From a virus (lineage: Duplodnaviria; Caudoviricetes), in the IMG/VR virus record IMGVR_UViG_3300032050_000141, positions 1 to 61,113 of that record: a stretch of DNA of 61,113 nucleotides; one strand, written 5' to 3'. How positions within the stretch are numbered: the stretch's first letter is position 1; the number at the start of each line of letters is the position of its first letter. The position numbers were made by a program, and so were the translations under genes. Shown piece by piece: positions 15,946-25,004 of the stretch. The notes under the pieces are model-generated. The model saw only the letters and a program-made list of their open reading frames with translations, made no database searches and had not been told where the DNA came from.

Positions 15946-16384
15946 CGCGCCGCGCCCATCCATTGGTGTCGGGGTTTCGCGTGTACCGCACCACCTTCTT
16001 GCCGCCCAGCCAGTTAGCGATGGCTTCCACCTCGTCGGAGAACACGGCTACGCTGTCGCCCGGCAGGGTGACGCTGTTCATCAGCACGGCCATGCACGCA
16101 GAAGCCAGATGCTTGCGGCGGAAATCCCTGTGAACGAAAGCCTCGATGGCGGGGATGCCTTGCCATAGATATACGCTGGCCCAGCCGATCGGCACGATGT
16201 CGAAGTCATCGTCCAGTTCGCAGACCGCGTAGACCAGATCGTCAGGCATGCTCTCGCAGATGCCGTCGTTGGCAACGTCGGTCAGCCAGCCAAAGTGGAC
16301 CGACTCGCCGTTGGTTAGCCCAGTCATTCCTTGAGCAAGGAATGGCGGCAGGTCACTTCCCTTGAACGTCTGTATGTTCAGCAT
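15935..16384 (-). CDS. GNAT-family acetyltransferase
   Basis: PIGWAS...AFVHRDFRRKHLAS resembles acetyl-CoA binding motif A. Confidence 0.65.
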   Translation of the reverse strand: MLNIQTFKGSDLPPFLAQGMTGLTNGESVHFGWLTDVANDGICESMPDDLVYAVCELDDDFDIVPIGWASVYLWQGIPAIEAFVHRDFRRKHLASACMAVLMNSVTLPGDSVAVFSDEVEAIANWLGGKKVVRYTRNPDTNGWARRDEQ

Positions 16385-16619
16385 GCTCTCCGCACCACTG
16401 GTCTTCCTTGATGACCGGCCACTCTCCGTTGAGCGCGTCGTGCATGACGAACTGCGGGGGGTTCCGCAGGCACCGGCCGAACTTCTTCTCATGCTTGTCC
16501 GCGATCCGCTCCCAAAACTTGCAGGTCTTGCAGCATGGGTTCGTAACCGCAGCAATCACTGAACTTCCTTTCACCGGCCAGTCTACGGACTTGTCAAGAT
16601 CGGACCCGAGTCTCGCCAT
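16353..16619 (-). CDS. Small Cys-rich metal-binding protein
   Basis: CKTCKFW...GRCLRNPP...WP...WCGEH. Confidence 0.7.
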   Translation of the reverse strand: MARLGSDLDKSVDWPVKGSSVIAAVTNPCCKTCKFWERIADKHEKKFGRCLRNPPQFVMHDALNGEWPVIKEDQWCGEHAEHTDVQGK

Positions 16620-17068
16620 TACTTCCTCTCACAGGTGGGTCACGATATTGGGGAATCTAAACTTTCGGCCTGACGCCAGTAGGCTCAAACTTCCAAGAGT
16701 TTTGCCGGGCATCTACACCCGCGAAATCATCGACAAATCCCTGCACAGGTTCCCTTGGGTGAGGGCAGACCGACTCCCCATGTTAATGGAGAGTCGGCCC
16801 TGACAGGCACCCTTCGGAGCCGGGCAAGATCGGGCAGTGCGTGTTGGTTACGGGGTTCACTGGCCTTCAAACCTTCGCCCCGTGTGGAGGAACCCCATGG
16901 TTCTTTGCTTCCCCGGCTGGAGTCGGCAGCGTGCCGGGCTTATCCCACAGAACGCTGGATTACCCCGTGTCCCGGGGTGGGTCCATGCGTGGTGCCCCCT
17001 CTCGTCGCACGCCCGCAGGCGCCGGTTGGCGGGGAGCCGAACTTCAGGCCATCCGTGGCGAACTGGGC
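16620..17068 (-). other. ~450-bp non-coding, hairpin-rich island (candidate ncRNA or origin)
   Basis: No credible ORF in an otherwise coupled gene string; stems at 16762-16801 and 16852-16896. Confidence 0.45.
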
Positions 17069-18637
17069 CTATCTCATCCCTGTGCGGCGGCGGGCAATCT
17101 CCCCCTGCACCGCTTCCAGAACCCTCCGGTCCCGGCATTCAGACTTGTTGACTAGCCACCAGAGGTAGGGCGTAGGCACGGCCTCTATCTTCTGGCGCTT
17201 GTACCGGCCAAACGGCATGTGGGTGATGGGCGGGCGGCGATCACGCCCCTCCGCTGCCGCCATCATGTCGCGTTCGTAATTCCCGAATCGAGCATGCCCG
17301 ACCATGCCGGCCCGCTTGCTCCATTCAAGGCGCTCGCGCGCGTGCTGCTCTTTGGCCTCGGCCTCGCGCTCGGCCTCGATGATCGGGTCGAGGGCTGCGG
17401 CCGGCAGGGCGCCGGACCCCTCCTGCTTCTTCCTGACCCTAGCCATCAACTTCCGATCGAGGTTGGGCTGGAGAACGTCGAGGCTACTGCACAGGTCGTT
17501 ATGCCTAGACGAGTCCGTGATATCGAAGACTTCAAAGAATGGCTTGGCCGAGCCTTCGATAGCCTTTCGTCTGGCCTCGGGTCCAGACCAGCCGTCAACC
17601 ACGCCTGCCAGCGGTCTGGTGCCACGACCAAACATCTGGACGTATTTGGCCTTCGACCGTGTTGGCTTGGCGATGAACAGTTTCCTTACTGGGGGAAAGT
17701 CCCAGCCAAGGGTTAGGCATCCCACGTTCAGAACAATGTTGACGGTGCCGTCCTCAAAATCATTCAGGTGCCCACGCCGCTCGACATCATCCATCTGCGA
17801 GTGAACGATGGCCGACTGGAGCCCGCGTCGGGTGAGGTTGTCCCGCAGGGCTTCGGCTTGAAATATCCCTTGGCAGAAGACAACAGAGGGCTCGCCGTCG
17901 TGGTGCTGCTCGACCAGCGATGCGATCTCCTGCACAGTTTGCTCCTGTGCCATGATCCTCGCCAGTTCCTCGGCGTTGTAGTCCCCGAACTTCGCCCCTT
18001 TCAGGCGTGGCATGGAGAGGTCTATGCTCTCGATCACTGACATCCAGACCTTGGCTGGGACAAGCCAGCCGTCGCGGGTGGCGTCGGCAATGGGGTAGTA
18101 GAAACCCACGTTGCCGTAGAACGAGGTGAGCGGGTCGCCGCTCGCACGCTCTGGACTCGCGGTCAGCCCGACCAACCTGACCCTTCCCTGCGTCAGGTTG
18201 GTGAGCATTTCCAGTGCGCGTTTGGAGAAGTTCGTGTGAACTTCATCCACGATGATGAGGTCTACTGTGTCGATGTAACGCTCCCATCGCTTTCGTGAAA
18301 GCAGGGATGCGTAGCACGCGACCGTGACCTTCTCGTCGGAACGTAGTCCCCCCTGTTCGACGCCGCACTCAATGCCCCGGCTTCGCAGCCGCTGGGCCGT
18401 CTGCCCAACCAGTTGAATCAGCGGGGCGATGAACAACGCCCCCTTCGTGCATTCCCGGATCAGTTCCGCAGCGATCTCTGTTTTCCCGGTTCCAGTAGCA
18501 AGGACCGCCAGTGTCTTGCCGCTTGCATCCAGCGCCATCTTGATGCCGGCGATGGCGTCCCGCTGGTACGGACGCAGGTGTATGGGCTGCGGCTTGCCAG
18601 TCGGGAACAGCGTGCATTGCGTTTCGGCTCCGGTCAT
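17069..18637 (-). CDS. Superfamily II DEAH helicase with C-terminal DUF3820-like domain
   Basis: ATGTGKT, DEVH, TASPER, GWDFP, QMFGRGTR; MPFGRYK...VPTPYLWWL. Confidence 0.9.
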   Translation of the reverse strand: MTGAETQCTLFPTGKPQPIHLRPYQRDAIAGIKMALDASGKTLAVLATGTGKTEIAAELIRECTKGALFIAPLIQLVGQTAQRLRSRGIECGVEQGGLRSDEKVTVACYASLLSRKRWERYIDTVDLIIVDEVHTNFSKRALEMLTNLTQGRVRLVGLTASPERASGDPLTSFYGNVGFYYPIADATRDGWLVPAKVWMSVIESIDLSMPRLKGAKFGDYNAEELARIMAQEQTVQEIASLVEQHHDGEPSVVFCQGIFQAEALRDNLTRRGLQSAIVHSQMDDVERRGHLNDFEDGTVNIVLNVGCLTLGWDFPPVRKLFIAKPTRSKAKYVQMFGRGTRPLAGVVDGWSGPEARRKAIEGSAKPFFEVFDITDSSRHNDLCSSLDVLQPNLDRKLMARVRKKQEGSGALPAAALDPIIEAEREAEAKEQHARERLEWSKRAGMVGHARFGNYERDMMAAAEGRDRRPPITHMPFGRYKRQKIEAVPTPYLWWLVNKSECRDRRVLEAVQGEIARRRTGMR

Positions 18638-18666
18638 CCGCGACTCCCTTCGCTGTAGTTACTGGC

Positions 18667-18918
18667 TTACCTACCCTGCCCGCCCCTCGTCCCCACCCAT
18701 CTGCTCTGGCGGATTTCCGGGGTCCAATCCCTCTGGACTTCCAGCGTTGCCCTTTTTATTTCGGCGGGACTTGGGTCTTTTGGCCCGTTTCCCATCAACC
18801 CCGCTGCCTTGAACTCGGCCACCATCTGCTGCACCGTGATCCCGTGCCTCGCCGCCACCGTCCCCATCTTGTGCCGGCGGCACTCCTCCCAAAGTGTCAT
18901 CACCTTCTGGTCTTGCAT
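18667..18918 (-). CDS. Small hypothetical protein, possible HTH
   Basis: VAARHGIT; DPSPAEI...WT. Confidence 0.6.
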   Translation of the reverse strand: MQDQKVMTLWEECRRHKMGTVAARHGITVQQMVAEFKAAGLMGNGPKDPSPAEIKRATLEVQRDWTPEIRQSRWVGTRGGQGR

Positions 18919-19150
18919 CGGGCTCCTTCCCTTCTGGAACTACAGGTAATCCCAGCGTTGCCCGCAACATGTCCATCTCTGCGAACAACGCACGAACGTC
19001 ATCGCGGTTCCACGCCAGTGCCTCGGCCACGACCTTGTAGGTGTCCTCGTCAAACCGCAGTTTGTCTGGAGATCGCAGCAGCAAGTCTGCAACCTCGGCC
19101 ACCATCAGCATTCTCTGCTTTGCCTTGATGTATGTTTCGCCCTGCATCAT
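18671..19150 (-). CDS. Hypothetical protein (C-terminus overprints next gene)
   Basis: ATGA coupling to ERF gene. Confidence 0.55.
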   Translation of the reverse strand: MMQGETYIKAKQRMLMVAEVADLLLRSPDKLRFDEDTYKVVAEALAWNRDDVRALFAEMDMLRATLGLPVVPEGKEPDARPEGDDTLGGVPPAQDGDGGGEARDHGAADGGRVQGSGVDGKRAKRPKSRRNKKGNAGSPEGLDPGNPPEQMGGDEGRAG

Positions 19151-19770
19151 TGCTGTTTCTCCTTTGCCTTGGAGAGCCGGGCGATGGCAGCGTCACGGGC
19201 CTTCTCTGCTTGAGCGTGCCGTGCGTTTGACAGGTTCAAGTCAAGCACCCGCTGCCACAACGCCTGCACGCGATCGGCCGTTGGGGCCTGTGCGAACGCC
19301 GTCTTGATGGCGGCAAGGTCGGGGCCCGGGTCACCCTGCGGCGGCACTCCCGCTTCGGCGTCCGAATCGGGAATGTCCTCCCCGTCGCTTGCATCATCCA
19401 CCGACAGGCACAGAATCCGGGCGTACCCCAGCCGGGCCATGTAGGTGCAGAACGAATGCGTGTGCTGCGGATTGGGGAAGAACGGAATCGGAATCGTGCT
19501 GACCGTGAACTCCCCCTTGCAGGACAGCCTCGTCACCAGAATCATGGACTTGTCCTCGTTAACCATGAACGTCTGACGCACGCTCAACCCATGCTTGGCA
19601 AGGGCCGGCTTGGTGGCGTCCTCCATGGCGGACAGGTCAGCGAACATGCCGTAGGGGCCTTCCCGATTGCGGCGAACCTTCTTGAACTCGCCCTGTGCTT
19701 TTGCCAGAGCCTCGTCCAACACCTCGGACGTTGCGCTGCACTCTTGGTAAACATACGTGGGCCTGCTCAT
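19147..19770 (-). CDS. ERF-family ssDNA annealing protein
   Basis: ALAKAQGEF...FADL...PALAKHGL...TRL...GE...TYMAR. Confidence 0.8.
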   Translation of the reverse strand: MSRPTYVYQECSATSEVLDEALAKAQGEFKKVRRNREGPYGMFADLSAMEDATKPALAKHGLSVRQTFMVNEDKSMILVTRLSCKGEFTVSTIPIPFFPNPQHTHSFCTYMARLGYARILCLSVDDASDGEDIPDSDAEAGVPPQGDPGPDLAAIKTAFAQAPTADRVQALWQRVLDLNLSNARHAQAEKARDAAIARLSKAKEKQQ

Positions 19771-20594
19771 TACCAACCCCTCCCTTTGATGAATGCCCGA
19801 CTGGGCATCTCGATGACTTCGCCGTACCCCCGTGGTGACCACCAATCGAGGGCACGACGCTGATCCAATTCCCGCAGCAATTCGTCCACCTGCCGCTCCG
19901 CTAGACGCATGACTTCCGGTGGCAGAACCATGACGGCACAGTGATACGGGTACGTGTTGCTGGTAGCAATGAAGTGCAGGGGCTTCTTGGGCCACCCCGC
20001 CGCCTCGGCAGCAAATCCGTAGAGGGCGGCTTGCAGGTGGTACTTCCACTCCTTGCATTCGTAGTCGAACGTGGAGGCTGGGTCAGCGGCGCGAGTTGTC
20101 TTCAGGTCATAGAAGACTTCAGCCGTGGCACCATCCACCCGACACCGACAGCCATGGCCATTGCGAGTGAACTTGATGTTGAACTCGGCATCCGCCCGCT
20201 GGGCCAACAGTTCCGCAGACGCAGGGTTCGCCAGTATCTCGTCGGTCTGCGGCTTCAACTTGGCGGCGTCGGCCGGGCTGATCGGGATGGCGTCGGCGGG
20301 GAGGTTGGAGAGCCATGATTGCGCTGCCTTGCCGAACTGCCCGGTGGCCGTCACCGCATCGGCCGGAGCGATCTCAACTCGCTTCCAGAATGCGTCAGGT
20401 CCGACTTCGTGCCACAGGTGCAGCAGCGTGCCGTATGAGAGTGAAGCACTCTCTTTGGACGGTGCGGTTTTCAGCACGAACCTCTGGTGGTACGCGCGAG
20501 GACTGGTTGCCAGTTCCTTCAGTTGGGACGCACTGGTTTCAGGCCAGCCGTGGTATTCATGCGCCGGCTCATGGCTGATGCTGAACGGGTCCAT
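19770..20594 (-). CDS. RecE/ExoVIII-like PD-(D/E)XK exonuclease
   Basis: SASQLK, YGTLLH, CRCRVD, YDLKTT, YHLQAALY. Confidence 0.85.
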   Translation of the reverse strand: MDPFSISHEPAHEYHGWPETSASQLKELATSPRAYHQRFVLKTAPSKESASLSYGTLLHLWHEVGPDAFWKRVEIAPADAVTATGQFGKAAQSWLSNLPADAIPISPADAAKLKPQTDEILANPASAELLAQRADAEFNIKFTRNGHGCRCRVDGATAEVFYDLKTTRAADPASTFDYECKEWKYHLQAALYGFAAEAAGWPKKPLHFIATSNTYPYHCAVMVLPPEVMRLAERQVDELLRELDQRRALDWWSPRGYGEVIEMPSRAFIKGRGW

Positions 20595-20663
20595 CCGTGC
20601 CTCCCTCTAGGGCTGGGGCGACAGGATACAGACCGAACCCGATCTGTCAATGGGTCGCTCGGG

Positions 20664-20912
20664 TCAGCACTTCCACGCCCGCAAACTCTTGTTGATCCGC
20701 GAGTTGGGATCGTTCGCCGTCTTCTTGCTGGTCAGTTTGCGTTTCATCCCACGCATGCGTGCGCAGAACGATCGCTTGCGAGGGCCACCCTCTGGCTGCG
20801 GGGCCTTGAGGTTGCCGCCAGTCTCCTTATTGTAGGACGCCCTGCCCTTGGCGTTGAGCCCGCCATCGGGGTCTTTGCCTTCCTTCCTCTGCCACGCCGG
20901 AGTCTTGCTCAC
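20664..20912 (-). CDS. DUF6321-like small basic phage protein
   Basis: AWQRKEGK..GGLNAKGRASY...RKRSFCARM...DPNSRINKSLRAWKC. Confidence 0.8.
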   Translation of the reverse strand: MSKTPAWQRKEGKDPDGGLNAKGRASYNKETGGNLKAPQPEGGPRKRSFCARMRGMKRKLTSKKTANDPNSRINKSLRAWKC

Positions 20913-21064
20913 GACTTGCTCTCCTTGAGTGCCTGTTCAGTCGGGGCCCCCTTCGATCCGGGCCTCCGCATTTTCTCTCCAGAACCCTTGGCGATCCGTT
21001 CTCGTTTGGCGTGAATGTTCGCCCACAAGCCCGGCTTTCGGAGTTTACGTATGGTGTCGCTCAT
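20909..21064 (-). CDS. Widespread small basic phage protein (51 aa; not in ORF track)
   Basis: Manual translation MSDTIRKLRKPGLWANIHAKRERIAKGSGEKMRRPGSKGAPTEQALKESKS. Confidence 0.75.
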   Translation of the reverse strand: MSDTIRKLRKPGLWANIHAKRERIAKGSGEKMRRPGSKGAPTEQALKESKS

Positions 21065-24000
21065 TGTCCGAATGGTCCCAGTGCCATGAGTTGCCGCATC
21101 CGCTCTTGTCTTCGCTGACGATCCCGCAGTTTCAGTGCTTCTTCAGCCTTCTCCTGCGATAGTGCATACAGTTTGCGATCCCGTGGCGTCATCGTCGGCT
21201 GCAATGCCTCGGGGATATACGCCTTCTGGAACGTGTACGTGATCGGGTCGAGTTCGCGTCCGATCTGACGCTGGATGTCGTTGAGTTCCTGCGCGGCGGC
21301 CTGCGTGTTGACCTTAAATCCGGTGGACACGTTGAGCCCGGCCTTGGCGAGGCGAGCCCCAAAACTCTCGATACGCGGGTCTGCCAGCGTGCCGGCAAAC
21401 GCCATCGGCACCTGCGTTCCGGGGATGAGTCCGGCCAAAACCTTGGCCGCCGGCGAAAGTCCTCGCGGGTCGCCGGTTGCGGCGGTGTACACACGATCTG
21501 CGGGCGTCGTTGTTTCGTCCAGCGGACGGTCGAAGAACAGGTCGCGGCCGGTAGCCAAGGACATGAACCCCTGAAGCGGCGGTGCCATCTGGCTGGCGAG
21601 ATTGTTGACAGTACCCTGCACGCCGTATGGGTCGAACAAATTCAGAACGTCGATGCCGGGCAGGTCGATGTCCGTGATGTAATGCTTCGTGTCTGGCTGC
21701 GTCAGCCCGAGCATGTCCGTGAGGGCGTCGGGCATGCGGACAGCGAACTTCTGCCGCAGTTGCTCCGTGATGTAGTTGTCCTCGTCCGACTCCTGAATCG
21801 TGTTGCTGGCCCGGATCATCTGGCCATACGCACCACCCGGACGCTCCATCAGCGACTCGATAGCGTACTTCCCGATGCGGCTGTTATAAGCCCACCACGG
21901 GAAGATCGTTCTCATCCACTTGCGTTCAGTAAGGGTAAGAGACTGATAATCTACGAGCGCCCGCTTTACCCTATCCGCAGCCTCGGCTGGACTAACGCCC
22001 TGCTGAAGCAGATGAATAAAAGTCCCGAGCCTTCCCACAGAGTCCACGGTGTCGTTGATTGTGGAACTTGCCCGCAGGATGGGGTTCTGCGTGTCGTACT
22101 GGTCGGTCACCCCATAGATAGAGCCGAAGTTCTTGATGCGTTGGGACAGCGGGGTCGTGGCGTCTGGCACCAGTTCGGCCAAACCCTTGCCTACGGAGAT
22201 GGGTGTCGAGCCCGGGATCAACTGGCCCATCTCGCCGGACCGGGCGCTTGACAGGAGTTCGCTGGACTGGAGCCCCGACAGCACGCCGTTGCCGCCGACA
22301 TCCATGATGAACGCGTCTTTGACGGCATCGTCCGCCAGACCGGAATAACGCGGAATCGAACGAAGCGCCTGCATCGCTCCGGCGTAGTCACCGTTGACGA
22401 TCTTGCTGGCGTTCCACATCGCCGCCAGTTGCTTCGGCCCATTTCCTGTTTCAAGAAACCCGCTGACAGCGTTACTGTAGGCATCTCTGACAAAGCGCCG
22501 TGGGGTTGCGAGGACGAATCCCTTAAACAGTTTCGTCCATCCATCAAGGAACCCGGCGACTTCCTTCTGTGCCGCAGGGGCAGCATAGAAGTCCGCGACC
22601 TTTTGGAGCCGGCGAACCACCCGCTCTGGCACAGAGTATTTCGACAGGTCGATCTGGTCTGGCGCAACGCCAGTAGACTTGCTGATGGCGTTCTTCAACG
22701 CCATCGCGGCTTCGTCCTTCACCTTGCCGTCGCCGCTCTGGAACCCTGCCCTTGTTCCGATCTCGTCCCACGACTCTGCGAGGTTGCGATACCGGCCGAC
22801 TTGCTGGGTCTTTGCTCCCTCGACCGCAGCCTCTGACAGGGATTCCAACAGGAAGATAGCCCGAGACTTGTTAACTTCGTGGCCGATGATGCGGCGAGCC
22901 TGCGTGTTGGCCGGGTGGGCCGCAAACACCGGCGTTCCTTCAGGCAAGTCTTGGGCACGCCGCACCATGGTGCGGGCAATCTTTAGAACCTGCGCGTTCG
23001 GCCCGTTGATGACTGTGTTGTTCGGTCCGGGCCGGGCCACCGGATTGCCGATGGCTTCGGTCGGATACTTGTTCTTGAACCAGTCCATGATGACGGTCGC
23101 GGCTTGATCGTCCGTCACGCCGGAGTTGGGCTTGGAATACTCGATGATCTCTGGAAGCAGGCTGATCTGCCGCAGGTCATCGGTGCCGCCCGGAGTCTTC
23201 AGGTAGTCTCGCCTGCCGTAAGCCTCGGCCTCGCTGGCGTCATACAAGAGCCGGCCGGTCCCTTGTTCGGCTTCGTCAAACGTGAACTCGTCGCCGTATC
23301 GGGGGTTGTATTTGGTGCCGTACTCGTCCTTGTAGAAGTTGCCGGTCAGCCCCATGGCATTGCGTTCTGCAAACTGCCGGTTACTGATCTGCTCCCACGA
23401 ATTGAGCCACGGCTGGAGCCCCGGCGTCATGGCGAGAATTTGTTTGTCCGTTGCTGTACCGTGCCCCTCGACAAGCCTCACCAGCATGTCGTTCCCTTGC
23501 GGACTAAAGAGCGTTTCCGCCCCCAGTAGGCCCTTTGCTGCGGGCGGCAGGGCAATCTTTGTCAGCAGCAGGTTGTGTCGCGTGGCTTCTGTCTGGCCGC
23601 GAACCCGATACATGTCTTCCAGCGTGTTGGCCCGGAGTGCAGCAATCTGTTCGCCGGTGTCCACTGCCCCGCCGCTGGCCTTGGAGAACAGGCCGGTAGC
23701 GAGCCGGCCGGGGTAGGAGAAGCGAGCGCGGGCGCCAAGGTAATCCATGGCGTCCATCACTTTGCCTGCGCCGGGCGGCGTGAAGGCCATGTTGACCGGC
23801 CCGACGTTCAGTCCGAACATCCCGCCAAGCGTCTGATCTTTGAGCCTTTGGTATTCCTGAACGCTACCGAGTTTCGTCGTGACATTCCGCAGAGCCTCTG
23901 CCGGGTCCGAGGATGCGTTGACAACATCCTCCAGCGTGACCTTGCTTTGGGCCAGCCGCTGTCCGACGGGCGTGACCGCTTGATAATTTCCCGATGTCTT

Positions 24001-24576
24001 CGGTACGTAGTTCTTCTCAAACAGGCCCTTAATGTATTGGCCCCGCATTGTGTTTTCGGCAGCATCGGTGCCGTATTTTCGGGCGTATGCAACCGGGGCG
24101 TTCTTGAGAACGCCGGCATGCTTGGCTGCGGCGCCGGCCTTTGTCATCGCCCCGATGGGGCCGGATAACCAAAACAATGGGTCAGTAACGATCTCGGTTG
24201 CGAGCCCCGCCGCCGTCCGCAAGTATGGGTTCTGCGGAGCGATGCCGGCGCTGTCCAGAAGTTCGACGCCGCTGGTTCTGGCATCGTTGTCAAAGTTGAA
24301 CCCGCTGTTGGGATTGCCTGCCAGATAGCCACGGGCGATTGCGCCCGGAGTGTCCAGAACAAGCCCGAGGCTTTCTATGAACTGGCCGGATTGCTTGGCT
24401 AGTTCACGAAGCCAGTATGTTTCTTCCTCTGGCGTCAGCCCCCGCCCGCCGCCCTGCCCGCCGGTGGCCTTCTCAATGCCCGGGAGCGAGAGCGCGCGCG
24501 AGGATAAGGAGACAGCGGCCGGGTTGAGAGTAGGCAGGGAAACCCTGCCGGCCGCGTCCATGACGGTGGGGATCAT
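21061..24576 (-). CDS. Large internal virion / ejection protein
   Basis: 1171 aa, helical, C-terminal AADRVKRALVDY...FPWWAY typical of podoviral ejection proteins. Confidence 0.65.
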   Translation of the reverse strand: MIPTVMDAAGRVSLPTLNPAAVSLSSRALSLPGIEKATGGQGGGRGLTPEEETYWLRELAKQSGQFIESLGLVLDTPGAIARGYLAGNPNSGFNFDNDARTSGVELLDSAGIAPQNPYLRTAAGLATEIVTDPLFWLSGPIGAMTKAGAAAKHAGVLKNAPVAYARKYGTDAAENTMRGQYIKGLFEKNYVPKTSGNYQAVTPVGQRLAQSKVTLEDVVNASSDPAEALRNVTTKLGSVQEYQRLKDQTLGGMFGLNVGPVNMAFTPPGAGKVMDAMDYLGARARFSYPGRLATGLFSKASGGAVDTGEQIAALRANTLEDMYRVRGQTEATRHNLLLTKIALPPAAKGLLGAETLFSPQGNDMLVRLVEGHGTATDKQILAMTPGLQPWLNSWEQISNRQFAERNAMGLTGNFYKDEYGTKYNPRYGDEFTFDEAEQGTGRLLYDASEAEAYGRRDYLKTPGGTDDLRQISLLPEIIEYSKPNSGVTDDQAATVIMDWFKNKYPTEAIGNPVARPGPNNTVINGPNAQVLKIARTMVRRAQDLPEGTPVFAAHPANTQARRIIGHEVNKSRAIFLLESLSEAAVEGAKTQQVGRYRNLAESWDEIGTRAGFQSGDGKVKDEAAMALKNAISKSTGVAPDQIDLSKYSVPERVVRRLQKVADFYAAPAAQKEVAGFLDGWTKLFKGFVLATPRRFVRDAYSNAVSGFLETGNGPKQLAAMWNASKIVNGDYAGAMQALRSIPRYSGLADDAVKDAFIMDVGGNGVLSGLQSSELLSSARSGEMGQLIPGSTPISVGKGLAELVPDATTPLSQRIKNFGSIYGVTDQYDTQNPILRASSTINDTVDSVGRLGTFIHLLQQGVSPAEAADRVKRALVDYQSLTLTERKWMRTIFPWWAYNSRIGKYAIESLMERPGGAYGQMIRASNTIQESDEDNYITEQLRQKFAVRMPDALTDMLGLTQPDTKHYITDIDLPGIDVLNLFDPYGVQGTVNNLASQMAPPLQGFMSLATGRDLFFDRPLDETTTPADRVYTAATGDPRGLSPAAKVLAGLIPGTQVPMAFAGTLADPRIESFGARLAKAGLNVSTGFKVNTQAAAQELNDIQRQIGRELDPITYTFQKAYIPEALQPTMTPRDRKLYALSQEKAEEALKLRDRQRRQERMRQLMALGPFGQ

Positions 24577-25001
24577 TACTGCGCTCGCATGGCGGGCCTC
24601 GCCGCCCCGCCGAGAATGCCAGTTCCTTGAGCCATCCTGCCGGACGTTCCCTTCATTCGCTCCAGCACGCGAGACAGGGACGCGCTAGTGCCAGCGGCCT
24701 GACTGCCGCCCATTGACGGCACCCCCGGCGGGGGCTCCGGAGCCTTCGGCGGGTAACCCTTGAACGCACTGGAGGGAATGGGCATGTCTGACACGCTCGA
24801 CCCAAGTCCGCCGTGTTCTCCCCATGCCGCAGACAATGCGTTCCCGAACGTGCCGCTGTTGAGGGACCGAATCATTTCCTCTTGCTGGGCCTGCCGTATC
24901 CTTTGCTCGGCTTCTCTTTCCTCGCGCTGGTTGATGGCAAACGCCAGTTTGGCCCCGCGATTAGCGTTGACGTTGTGCAGGTAAGCAGACAGCAGGCCCA
25001 T
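24576..25001 (-). CDS. Putative internal virion protein
   Basis: Low-complexity ORF in ejection cluster. Confidence 0.55.
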   Translation of the reverse strand: MGLLSAYLHNVNANRGAKLAFAINQREEREAEQRIRQAQQEEMIRSLNSGTFGNALSAAWGEHGGLGSSVSDMPIPSSAFKGYPPKAPEPPPGVPSMGGSQAAGTSASLSRVLERMKGTSGRMAQGTGILGGAARPAMRAQ

Positions 25002-25004
25002 GAT

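Noticed and set aside
16620-17068. tRNA, RNase P RNA or group I intron in the non-coding island
   Set aside because: No cloverleaf or TTCGA arm; GAGGAA and GGCTTA fragments lack the RNase P P4 context; no P7 signature; flanking genes are not split.
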